Shown here piece after piece: positions 52,835 through 64,000 of a stretch of DNA of 64,000 bases (position 1 is the stretch's first letter; each line of letters starts with the position of its first letter). This stretch comes from Tubulanus polymorphus. Lineage: Eukaryota > Animalia > Nemertea. The stretch is from contig NC_134029.1 of NCBI RefSeq assembly GCF_964204645.1, positions 9,884,850 through 9,948,849 of the forward strand, read 5' to 3'. A program made the position numbers and the translations under genes. The notes under the pieces were generated by a model. That model was not told the origin of the DNA and searched no databases. It saw only the letters and a list, made by a program, of their open reading frames with translations.

Positions 52835-55800
52835 CGTCTACGGACCCCCAGTACAGCCCTCTGTATCATTGGTTTTTTTTAAAAATCTACCTGAATTTTG
52901 TCGTTTAGTGAGAAATAACCTATGGTACACCGTTCTGTATAAGCTCCTGCTGCCATCTACCAGTAGTAGTAAAAGTCATTACAGTCGTTGACACTACATT
53001 CTTCTTTCAAAATGGCCACTCCCATGCAGGATGTTACTGGACGCAAAAAGCCAGGTAATTTTTCACTTTATTTTTCATCAAGACCATGTGATTGTAGTGT
53101 TGACAAACAGATGATACCTTTCACCGGTAAATGTGCCGTCCGACAATTTGTTAAGAACAAGCCTAACCCAACTGGTCTAAAGAACTTTACTCTGGCTAGT
53201 CCAAGTGGTCTTGTCCTGGATTTCGAAATTTTTCAGGCAAAAATACCCTTCCAGGTGCAGCAGCAGATTGTCGTCATCCGCGAAAACTGGGAATAGGGGG
53301 ATTAGTTGTATTAAGACTTGCAGAAAGCTTGACCGTGGGTAATTCAATCTATTTTCAGAGATATTTTACAAGTACTATTCTTCTTGAAAAGCTACTTGAG
53401 CGTGGAATTTACAGGTACCATGATGAAGAAAAATAGGCCTTTTATAGTGAAATTACCAACCAAAGTTGATGGTCCACGTGGATCATACTATGCTACTAAT
53501 CGTCGTGATGCAAAAATCAGTTGTCTAGTGTGGATGGACAATAAACCCGTAATAATGGGCTCTACACGTCATTGTGGCATCCCAAATGATAACTGTCAAA
53601 GGTATTGTTCAGAGTTGCCACTTATGTGAAGCTAAAAATCCGGAAAATAAGTCGGGGTCTGGGAAAAATTTTTTAAATTAGAACGTCAGGAGATGCGTTC
53701 TGGCACAATATGCGTTATAGGCCTCACTTTCATTACCGGAAGTGTGCAGTGCTTCATCTAGCATTAAAAAAGGGCAGGGTGCTGATTTCAAATAAGGGCA
53801 TTTTTGTGCGTGATTCCATTGGAGCAAGGGCACATAATAATGCACTCACGTCTGTTTTAGGGGCAAACTGCAATGTTCCCTATTGCATAGAATCGAGGTA
53901 CCCCCTACTACGATTGAGGACTAGAAACTATGTTTAACTCTGATTTTGCCATGAGTGACACACTTGACCACAGTACATCCTTACACCTATGCCTGTCAAT
54001 GAACAAAACCAGTTGCAGACAAAAAAATAGCAGAAAAAAGCAATCTCAAAAACCAAATGATGCAGCGAAAAAGAGCCAGCAATAGTGTATAGGCCTACAT
54101 GAAATTGCATATTTTTTATCTTAGAAATATCAAATTAATTGATTTAAATTGATAGTGTTAGTGATTGGCAAGTAACTGTTGATAATTGGTAATGAGCCAG
54201 CTTAAGAACACATTATTGATATTAGGCTACTCAAACTAATTGTCTCTGCGAGTCTCTCTGTGAGTTCACCGAACAAAGTTTTTCACCTTGTATATATAAA
54301 ATTTGTCTAATAGTCTAGATAAAAAGATCTAGAGCATCACGATGTGTTCAAAAGGAATCGAATATACACTACCAGCTTTACAACGGCAGTCGCTAGAATG
54401 ATTGGCAGTAGTTTGGAAGTCAGCCAATTTCCTGGAAACTTAAACTAGGCCACGCATCTGAGGCACGTTTTCACACGATGCACACTGACTGCAGTACATT
54501 TAAATATAACCACTGATCACATGAGCTACTATCGTTGATATCATACAAGATATTTCATAGCCGTCGCAGGATACTTACTAACAGTCGGATGCGTCAGCTT
54601 ATTTTGAAAGCCCTGACTCATTACTTGTGACTGACAAGGGAAGGAAGGTGGAAGTGATGAGGGCACAAGGGCGAGCATGGGACACATCTGAAGGGCACAA
54701 GGGCGGCTATTTTCGGGGGCGTGGCAGACCGCTCCTCTATTTTTGGCTAGATGAAGCACTGAGTGTGTATCAATTTTCACGTCTGTCAATTACAATCCAA
54801 TGAAAATCTGTCGCTTCAAACTTTCAGTAAGCATTTTCTCAAAGGTTATACACTCACTCACTCCAAGATATGTCAATAACAACAATGTGTATAGATCATT
54901 TTTTCAAATAGCGATTGGTTCCGTCAAATACACCTCATATATAAACCAGAGCCAAAAACAAACGAAACGCCGGTCGATTTCGATCGTCACGTCATCATGT
55001 TTAATCGTGTACTGCGGGGTTGTTCCCACTACGTGGCAGCACAATACGGCTTTTTCCAACCCTCTACGGAGCCGTTACGTTATGATGTTTAGGGTCAAAT
55101 CCTGAATTGATTTTATTTTTTTCGCGATGTTTTCTTTTTTGGTTATTTGACTTCTCCCGAAAATCCAGAAATGAAATTGGATTTTTTTTAAATCCGGAAT
55201 TCCGGAGAAATCCGGAGAAGTGGCAACTCTGATTGTTACAAAGGACAAAGCGTATAAAGTTGTTCCACGCCCAGCCGTTGTAAAAGCATACAATGAAAAC
55301 ATGGGCGGGGTAGACTTGAAGGATAGGATGTTATCATTTTATCGTATTGCCGCTAAGTCTAGGAAATGCACTCTGCGCACAATCATGCATTTCTTAGATT
55401 TAGTTTCGGTTAATACATGGATTGAATGGAAAGCAGCAGAAATACAAAATGGAGAGGGCAGGAAACATAGATTACAGTATCTGAAATTCAAGATCGCGCT
55501 GGTCGATTTCTACTTGCTATCGATGAAGATGATGATTCCGATGATGATCATGAAATTCATAATCGTTACAATCCATTACCCGCAGAGCCTCAAAGGTATG
55601 TTAAGGCACGACACTTGCCAAGATGTGTTGACATTAGAAATTATGCGAAGTGCCGCAATCCAACATGCAAGATGAGAACACGAATTATGTGCATTTTCTG
55701 TCGAGTTTTCTTGTGTTGTAATCCAGACCGTAACTGTTTCGAAGACTTTCATAAGAAATAATTTTTTGTTTAAAGTGATTCCACATCAAAACTGTTATTA

Positions 55801-56057
55801 TGGTGAATCTAAATTGGTGAATCTATTATGCTTAATCTAAGCATTTTCAGGCAAAAATAAAGAGTTATGATTTGTATAATATTTGGTGTTTTTTAATGAC
55901 TTGAATCTCAAGGTTCAGAGTACTGTACCATTTTTGGGGGCCAAACCAGGCCAGATTTTCAAAATTTCTCCTAGGATATTGTTTATGCTCTAAAATGAGC
56001 ATGTATACCAAAAATGATCAAAATCCATAAAAAATTTACCCTTGGGTCTGTAGAGGG
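52835..56057 (+). mobile_element. piggyBac element #4, internally deleted, inserted in Gypsy C integrase
   Basis: Ends CGTCTACGGACCC / GGGTCTGTAGAGGG; [28 protein letters not shown] motifs and Cys-rich tail. Confidence 0.85.
53610..55231. mobile_element. Non-autonomous hAT-like element nested in piggyBac #4
   Basis: Perfect 14-bp TIR CAGAGTTGCCACTT / AAGTGGCAACTCTG; ATTGTT duplicated at 53604-53609 and 55232-55237. Confidence 0.85.
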
Positions 56058-56735
56058 TATGATACGAGTCCAATGAAATCGATTGCGAATTTCAGTCCGT
56101 TTTTTACCTAATGTTCCTTAGACATCCCAACACTCCGTTGGATAATGCATTATTGGAGCCAACTATAAACCCTAATGATTTGAATGAACACGTGCGTTTA
56201 GCTCAGAACAAATTAGAATACATGTATAAAGTAGCTAGAGATGCACTAGGGAATGCACAATCCGATTTTAAGAGACAGTATGAAAAATGGCCTCTGCACC
56301 TGACTATAGGTTACTAGGAAATTACAGAAAAGATTCATGTATTCAGGTAAATACATGAAAAATCCAGTAGCTGCGGATCGTCTGAAGCCATTTATACACC
56401 GTGACATTCTACCCATTGGCACTCAGCCTGACGACCCTGGATTATGATCTCGCAACTACCGATGACGATTTAGTTGATATTCCAGATGACGTGTATATCA
56501 TCAAAGAACTATTAGGCGATAAAATTATTGATGGGAAGCGTCACTTTAAAATATGGTGGGAACGCTATACTAGACAAGAAGCTACATTTGAACCTGAGGA
56601 AAATATCTTGAATCCTAAATTGATTGAGGACTATTTTAAGTTGAGAAAAAAAACAAAAAAATAAGTAAAGTTAAATTTGGGGGTAAATTAGTGAGGTGTA
56701 CAGAGTTTTGTTTTCCTTCTTCTTTTAGACCGGAT

Positions 56736-59323
56736 ATGAAGGTTCAAATGTTTCTCATTGGTATGGTGATGGCGGTTATGACGCACCAGACAGGCGCATC
56801 CTCTAATTCAGTCGTGATGCTTAATTGGGGGTGGTTTTTAATAAGTTTACTGCAATTTTGAAAGGGTGTCCTAGTATAGGCACGCGTTTTGTATTCCGTG
56901 GCCCAAGTTCGATTTAGATAATATTGCCGAATTACCCTGTCCTCGTCAGCCTGGGAACTCGCCCTATGATGGCTGCGATATTTTAAACTTCGTTTTAAGG
57001 AAGTTGAACCTACAGATTGGTGAAACTCGAAAAGAACTTAATGCGAACATCGCTATCATAAAATCTCTGATACCCGTTAAGGCAAATAATAAACGGAAAC
57101 GAGCTTTAGGATTTTTTGGCAGCATTGCAAAATCACTTTTTGGCTTGGCTTCCGACGATGAGGTTCAAGCCTTGAAACAGCATGTAGGGAAGATGGAATC
57201 GGGTTTAGTGGGGATGACGGATCAGATTGTCCAGCAAGGGAAAACTTTAAATTCATTCATGAACACAACGAACAAACGAATTGAAAATGCTATGGATGGG
57301 ATTGAACAAAATTATAAGTTACTACAACAATTCGCTGACACTTATAAGCGACAGACAGCAATCTTTCGTGAATCTCAAAAAACTATCTAGGCTAAATATA
57401 TCCGTTTCTTTCTTGTCTGTTCTCATTGGCAATATGGTAGATTAACAATATCGATTTGGAATAGTAGTTCGACACTCCGATGAACTGTTACAGGCAACGC
57501 AACTTCTTTTAGATGGGTTCCTGCCCATAACAATGGTGGGTCCGGAGAAGATTATAACAGTGGTGAACCACGTTGAGAATCTTTTGAGTGATCACTATCC
57601 GAGCTTTAAGGTCACCCATAATCACCCTAGTTTTTACTATCAAATGCGTGACATCGCTTTTACGCAAACCGATCAATATCTATACGATACTATTGCGGTT
57701 CCGATACACAGTATAGCTGGGTTCATGGACGCATATCACATCGATGCCCTAGCAGTTCCGTCTAATGCTACCAGCGCAAATACTACGAAGATTGTAGGGC
57801 TACCTCAGTATATAGCGATTACTAAAGATAGCGAGTATTATACCGAGTTTGATAGTGATAGTTATTGTCATGTACAGGACGGGACCTTTAGTTCTGTTCG
57901 ACGACTAGGTCCCTTAATTCTAGAAACAAATTGTCATGAGCGTCTGCCCTTTTCTGGGATCAGCCGGACGAAGTGATGAAGCGATGTGACATCCGCTATG
58001 AGGAGGCATTGCTATTTGAGGGCAGCTACAAATTAGCTGATGGACGTTACCTTCTTTCTTCGGACGATCAGGTCTGGATGATGCATTGCTCTGACAGGCA
58101 GGTTAAATCTTTCACCGGCTGTAGGCTATGTGTGATGACTGTACCATATTTTTGCTCGATAATTGCTTCGACTTTTAGGATTCCATACAAATTGACTGGT
58201 TGTCAGCTTGGAAAGGTTGACAAGACAGCACTTCACGTCATTAACCTGCCTGTCTTACATTCATTGTTTTCAGACAAGGCCGCTCTGAGGAAAATCCGCG
58301 GGAATGAATTAGCTACAGCTCCTTTAGTTCAATTACCAGAGTTTAAATTAGCGAAGGGGGATTGGGACTCCTTAGCAAGTAAAGAAGCTGCATATTCCAC
58401 GGATCTTAAGAAGTTGACAAAAGCCCATAAAGAAAACATTCAACTGTTTGCTTCGAAAGCTAAAGCCCTAAAGCAGGACCTAGCCTTGGATAACATCCAT
58501 AGCTACCTGTTGTCATCGCCGACGTCACTTGGTATCTTATCAGTGCCTACCATTCTCAGCATAATTGCTATAGCCATTTCTTTATATATGTTCTTAACTG
58601 CGCGGTTTAACCTAGCGTCATTATTTCCGGTCGCAGCACTTCTTGAGTCCCAAAATGTTCCTCTGGTGGAGTCAAATAAGACTCTCACGTTTGTTGACTC
58701 CTTTAAAGGTGTACAAGATTCTCTTTGATATGTAGAGTATGATATACTTTTATGCTGGATACTTTTATGCTTGTAGCCGTACTGTATTGTTTGGCCCATT
58801 ATATCTATGATGATGTCCGACATCTTATTCATTTGATTCGCGGTTCAAGATGCGGGGTTAATCGCTGCCATTCTCAGGTCACAGCAGAAATTTCAGATGG
58901 GGTATCTTGCATCTTATTGCCGTTGTTAGACATTACAGCGTGTCCCGGAGAGATACAGCTTTTAGGTTGCCGACTCTCCGTGGGGTTATCTGTTATTCGC
59001 GTTATCTGAAGCTGGACATTCACCTTAATTGGATTTCAGATCTTAAGCTTGTTTTCGGTAATGTTGAAATACTAGTGTCTGATAAGGTACGCATCACACC
59101 ATCTGTGTATAGACAGGTTGACCAAATCAAGAAGTCGAAGTTTTGCTTAAGCCTGTACCTTAAGCATCATGACCTCTTGATGCCTATCATTGCTAAGGCC
59201 AAAGATAATCCTGCTGTTTTGGTCCTTGATTCTAGTGGTCGGGGCAGTAAGAGTGATGGGTTCACTCCACTTTTGAGGGGGGAAAATACTATCTATCCTC
59301 CCTTGCCGAGCTACAGGCCATGA
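56736..59323 (+). pseudogene. env-like class I (F-type) fusion glycoprotein of Gypsy C
   Basis: Signal peptide MKVQMFLIGMVMAVMTHQTGA, furin site KRKR|ALGFFGSIAKSLFGLAS fusion peptide, heptad region, Cys-rich block, TM segments; several frameshifts/stops. Confidence 0.82.
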
Positions 59324-59512
59324 CCTTCTCATTGAGATGATGTAATTCTTCTATAAGAAATATTAACTTATTATTTATTTATACACTCATCTATTTACGA
59401 GTAAGTTCATTCGTAGTCTTTACTTACCGACTTCCGATAGTATTCTGGGTTAGTGTTATTATTATTATTATCATCATATACATGTATATTGTTTTTTCTT
59501 TATTGATTAAAA

Positions 59513-62373
59513 CCCTATGTTGCATATTGGTTACTGAAGTAACTATAGGATAAATTTGGCCTTAATAACCAATGGCTTAATATTTTCCACCAATGCATAG
59601 ATGTACACTTTATTTACCTAGCTTAGTACAATATATGTTGGATAGGTGGCTCTACGTGAGAGTTTCATAGTTCCAAGATGGCGGCCTCCAGGCCAGCAAG
59701 GTGAGTTTTCAATTTTTTTTAGAAAGACAGTCAGTATACCTCAGTGAGGCCTTGCATTCATGAAACTAAGTGTTAGATATATGATATATGTTGCATAGAA
59801 CATGCTAACATCAAAGAGTTTTCATGGAAAAGTGAACTCAAAAAATAAATGATGATTTTGTATCATGGTTACTGTAGTGTACATTGCGCATCAATGGTAA
59901 ATCTTGTCTGGTCACTTGAGTAACCATCATGCATTCACGGATGAAATGTCATTTTTATTTCAGGAGTAAAAGAACACTCCTAAATGTTTCTGAGGTGATG
60001 GAGAGGGTGCTAGAGGATGATAATGAATTATCTGAGATTGAAAGTGTTTCTGGTGACGATATGGAAGATGACAACTATCCTTCTGGAAGTGACAATAATA
60101 GATTTTCAGCATCAGACGGTGATGATGAGTCAGAGTATGAACCAGGCGCCGCTAGTGGTAATGGAACAGAATCAGAGGATGCACCTGAAACTGACTCGGA
60201 GGATGAAATTGATCCCGATAGTCATGGAGACGGGCCGCCACAAAATAAAAAGAGTCACCCTAATGATAAGAAAGGAAAAGCAAAGACAAACTCCGAAAAA
60301 AAGTAAGATATTACAGGTTTCAGGATTTGAGTGGTTCCTTGAATTACTGCTGCTGACAAAAGTATTGGAAACTTATGTAGATGCTTCTCCCATAGACTGA
60401 AGGGGTTGACCTAATACTAAATGTCTTTTTTTATGGATTTCAGTGGTAGAAAAGAATGGAAATGGGTGCACGCTGACTTGAGTGTACACGTGTCAACTGA
60501 GAACAAATTAGAACCGAGAAATGAAGCAGCAACTACACTTACGGCCATTGAAATGTTCTTAGTGATGGTCGGCGGTGATAAAACATTTGAACTGTTGGCT
60601 CAGGAGGCAAACCGTCTGAAGTTTCAGTTAGACAAACAGAAAATCAAAAGTATTACACCAATAGAAATGAAAAGATTTTTTGGAATAGTTTTATATATGT
60701 CCGTGGTTCACCTCCCCCGTAGGAGGATGTATTGGTCCAAAAACACCAAACAACCCGTAGTTTCAAATTCAATGTCCGTAAACAGGTTTGACCTGATAAT
60801 GTATCTTTTACATGTCAGCGACAACGAGCTGCAGAAGCAAAAAGGTGAGCGAGGTTACGATAGGCTTTACAAAGTGCGGCCATTACTTGACATTTCTTCA
60901 AAATCATTTGCTAGATATGCAAAATTTGAGGCACATTATTCGATAGATGAGCAGATTGTACCCTTCAAGAGCCAAAGCTCATTGAAGACATACAACAAAA
61001 ACAAACCAAATAAATGGGTTTACAAAGTTTGGGCCCTGGCCGGGCAATCCGGTTTCATACATAAGTTCTACTTTTATGGGGATAATCAGGTACCTGAATT
61101 AGAGACACAACCTGGTGCAGGTAAAAGCGGAGCTGTGGTATTGTATCTGGTGAATGGGTTACCAGCAGAAACCTATTTCTATTTTGACAACTACTTTGCG
61201 TCTCCGCAATTACTTTTAGAGTTGAGTTCGCATAACGCATATGGTACATGTACTCTCAGAAAAGGTAGAGATGGGAAATGCCCTTTGAAATCTGAAAAAG
61301 AATTACGAAAATTAGGTCGTGGCTCTGTAGATTATAAAAGCAGTGATGGAGTTATAATTTGCAAGTGGTTTGATAATAAAGTGGTAACAGTTGGCTCAAA
61401 CAAACATTCTGTAGAGCCGATGAAACTTTCTAAGAGATGGGATAAGAAGAACAAGAAGTATATTGAAATACCCTGTTCTTATATAATAAAAGCTTACAAC
61501 AAATGTATGGGTGGGGTTGATCGATGTGATTAGCTCATGTCATTGTATAGGACGAAACTCAAAACAAGAAAGTGGTATAAGAGGATTATATTCCATCTAG
61601 TAGATCTCTGTATTTGTAATGCCTGGACATTGCTTCAAGCTAAAGTCCCAAAAGTAAAGCAGTTGGCGTACTTCAAAATAGATGTAGCTAATTGCCTGAT
61701 GACTTCTGATGAAGGTACATGTAATTTGAATGAGGAGAATGGAAATCAAGGTCCTGATAATCCTGCAGACACCACTTCTGTTAGGGCTATTGATATCCCC
61801 GATTATGTACGCTTTCACGGAATGCACCTTCCCAAACAGGAAGCTTCAATCCCAAAATGGTGCAAATTTCCTGGTTGCCACAGACGTACAAAGTATCTGT
61901 GCATGAAATGTAGAATCTATTTATGCATTGACAAACTGACTAACTGTTTCTATAATTTTCATGTGAAATAAAAATGTTCAAGGGACCACTGTTATGGAGA
62001 GTAAATTTGTGAGCATCAGAATGTCCTGTAAAATGTGAAATTACTGTTTCGTGAATTTTCTAATAAGAAATAAAAGAATTTGTTGAGTTCATTTAGAAAA
62101 AAGTTAGTTTTATTTCCTTTATATCTTTTATGGAGCTATTCTAACTGAAAAAAGGAGAAAAATTGTTGTGAATGCATGTATCCTATATTGGTTACTCAAG
62201 TTGCCAAACGTTACTGATGCATGATGGTTACTAGAGTAACCATGGGCCACAGAGTAGATTTTGGCAAATTTGGAAAAAAAAATTGTGATATATTGCCTAA
62301 AGGACTCCTAACAACCCCACTCATGCAAAGGCAAGCCAATATGAGTACTAAAAGTGCTTCATGCAACAAAGGG
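59513..62373 (+). mobile_element. Full-length piggyBac element #5 (PGBD3-like)
   Basis: TIR CCCTATGTTGCAT / ATGCAACAAAGGG; right TTAA, left flank TTAAAA. Confidence 0.92.
59678..61971 (+). pseudogene. Three-exon piggyBac transposase with a single premature stop
   Basis: Exons 59678-59700, 59964-60302, 60444-61971 (phase-2 GT-AG introns) total 1890 nt; SIDEQ / FDNYF / GGVDRCD; TAG at 61531-61533; Cys-rich tail. Confidence 0.85.
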
Positions 62374-63227
62374 TTAAGTGTTAGGAACTGAGGGTGCATT
62401 GTTTGTCCTTGTTGTGTTCTTTTAATTACTATAATTGTAGACACAGCATTGGGAGTAATTTGATTTAGTATAGGATGCATTAGTAGTATATTAGGTTTTG
62501 TTTAGATTTATATTTGTTATTTATACGATCGAATTGGGGGTACTTTTCGCTAAGACTGAATATTTTACGTCTGAATTTGAGTTGCACTGTTTGTTATCTG
62601 GTCATTGATATTTTGATCTATACATTCATTTGAGTCTTTTTCCTGGCGATAACTGCGACCTTGCAAAGATTTTGTAGAGTTGCTGCCTGTTCGTCAACCT
62701 CGTCTGGACAGTGCTAAGGCCAGAATGTGATCGTCTCCGGTACATGCTACTATTCATCCAGAGCTACTTGCCAAGATACTGTAACTTGCGTTGAGTTACG
62801 AACAGATTCATCGAACGGGGGACAATTGTATTTGCGCGGTGAGAGACTGATGACTGTGCGGTAGCGCCATCTAACTTGTAAGTAACGCAATCCAATCCGA
62901 CCCTTCCCCTTTTGTCTTTTCTTTCTCTTTGTAGACAACCATCTAAAGAGGTAGACGTGTTTGATCTTTGATCCGTAGAAATCATTTGTATTCGCACCTT
63001 TTGTTATATCGCAGGCTTTGTTCAATGACTAAGTAAACAGTCAACTATACGAGTAACCGCATAGGCCTCCTTAGGTTTCCCCGGTCATTTTAGATAGACA
63101 TTTAATAGAACACAGCGGTAACTTAGTTAGTGGGCCAAGAACAGAACACGCTACGGTCGCTAATCCACAGTCTCGCGTGTTCAAATACTACAAAGCAGCG
63201 TATTCAGTTAGTCTATACATAACGATT

Positions 63228-63854
63228 ATGGATCCGGCCTTGGCAGCGGTTGTTTTAGGAGATAGCTATATCCGGCGACTGGAAACATTCCTATGGACCC
63301 AGTCATATCTGTTCCCAGCAGCTTCAAGAGGCTGGAACATGTCTGAACATAACTTTCATGACCCCCTGATGATAGGGTTAAGAGGGGGTACAGTTACGGT
63401 TATAAGCCACCCAACCTTTTTTAAAGAACAGGTCAGGCCCCTAGAGCCGCCGCTGGTGGTTTTAAAGATAGGGGGTAATGATTTGGACAACCCAGCGGTT
63501 AAACCTGCAGAGGTAGGCTACAGAGTCTATGACCTGGCAAAGGCTTTCCTAGCCCAAGCGAATTGTAATATCATCATTTGCCAGGTCTAAAACCGTCAGA
63601 AATGGCGTAATTTCACGGCCTGTGAGGGCAATAAGAGGGTTCAGGAGATGATTTTCTTCCTCCAGTTCGTTTGCCAGGGGCTACCAAGGCTTATATTTTG
63701 GAAACACAAGGGTCTCTGGCAGTCAAAACAAAATCTGTATGCAAAGGACGGGGTCCATCTTTACGGTTTGGGCCATTTCAAGCTTTTTAGAAGTATTAGA
63801 GGTGCCATTATCTATGGTGCTAAAAGCCTCCCCAAGGCTGAGAAAGGGCAGTAG
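63228..63854 (+). pseudogene. SGNH hydrolase of a Ngaro-like element, one in-frame stop
   Basis: VVLGDSYIRRL (block I), KIGGNDLD (block III), KDGVHL (block V); TAA at 63588-63590 with the same frame continuing. Confidence 0.8.
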
Positions 63855-64000
63855 TCCACCACTAGATAGCTTAAAAGGGGCTGTAGCCCAATAGATGATT
63901 TGAAAAGGGATGGGTAGTCCACCCTAGATAGGCCTATATTACTTGATTCGAAAAGGGTCTGTAGTCCACTCAATGTTTTATTTGAGACGGGTCGGTAGTC

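Larger units (their letters stand above)
49400..59330 (+). mobile_element. Gypsy LTR retroelement C (PR-RT-RH-IN-chromo + env), decayed, interrupted by piggyBac #4
   Basis: VLIDSGA protease, RT (50886-51400), TDAS..TDH RNase H, integrase LLSDRGSNF resuming at 56061, chromodomain 56494-56620, env 56736-59323. Confidence 0.92.

Noticed and set aside
62520-63000. Gypsy C polypurine tract and 3' LTR
   Set aside because: No convincing PPT-TG junction and no second LTR copy in the window.
63851-64000. CRISPR-like array of GTAGTCCA repeats
   Set aside because: Repeats are short, degenerate and irregularly spaced; eukaryotic TE context with no cas genes.

Overview
AT-rich invertebrate (animal) nuclear DNA. 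The left 23 kb holds two convergent intron-containing genes: the 3' part of a collagen + olfactomedin (gliomedin/colmedin-like) gene on + (1286-9053) and WBP4/FBP21 on - (11923-22881). The WBP4 5' exon(s) carrying the first half of the U1 zinc finger were not found in the window. The right 41 kb (23.3-64 kb) is a dense, nested graveyard of diverse transposons: five transposase-bearing piggyBacs, hAT, two CACTA/EnSpm remnants, LINEs, Penelope, three Gypsy-type LTR elements (two with a chromodomain integrase plus an F-type env), and SGNH-hydrolase/tyrosine-recombinase (Ngaro-like) elements. 14 of the 15 TE coding remnants there lie on +, antisense to WBP4 transcription, as in a flamenco-like uni-strand piRNA cluster/TE trap. 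Other highlights: a minimal Penelope-type hammerhead ribozyme insert, a two-intron piggyBac transposase disabled by one stop codon, and an extended multi-membrane env architecture shared by two divergent elements. All calls are by eye from motifs; no database searches were run.
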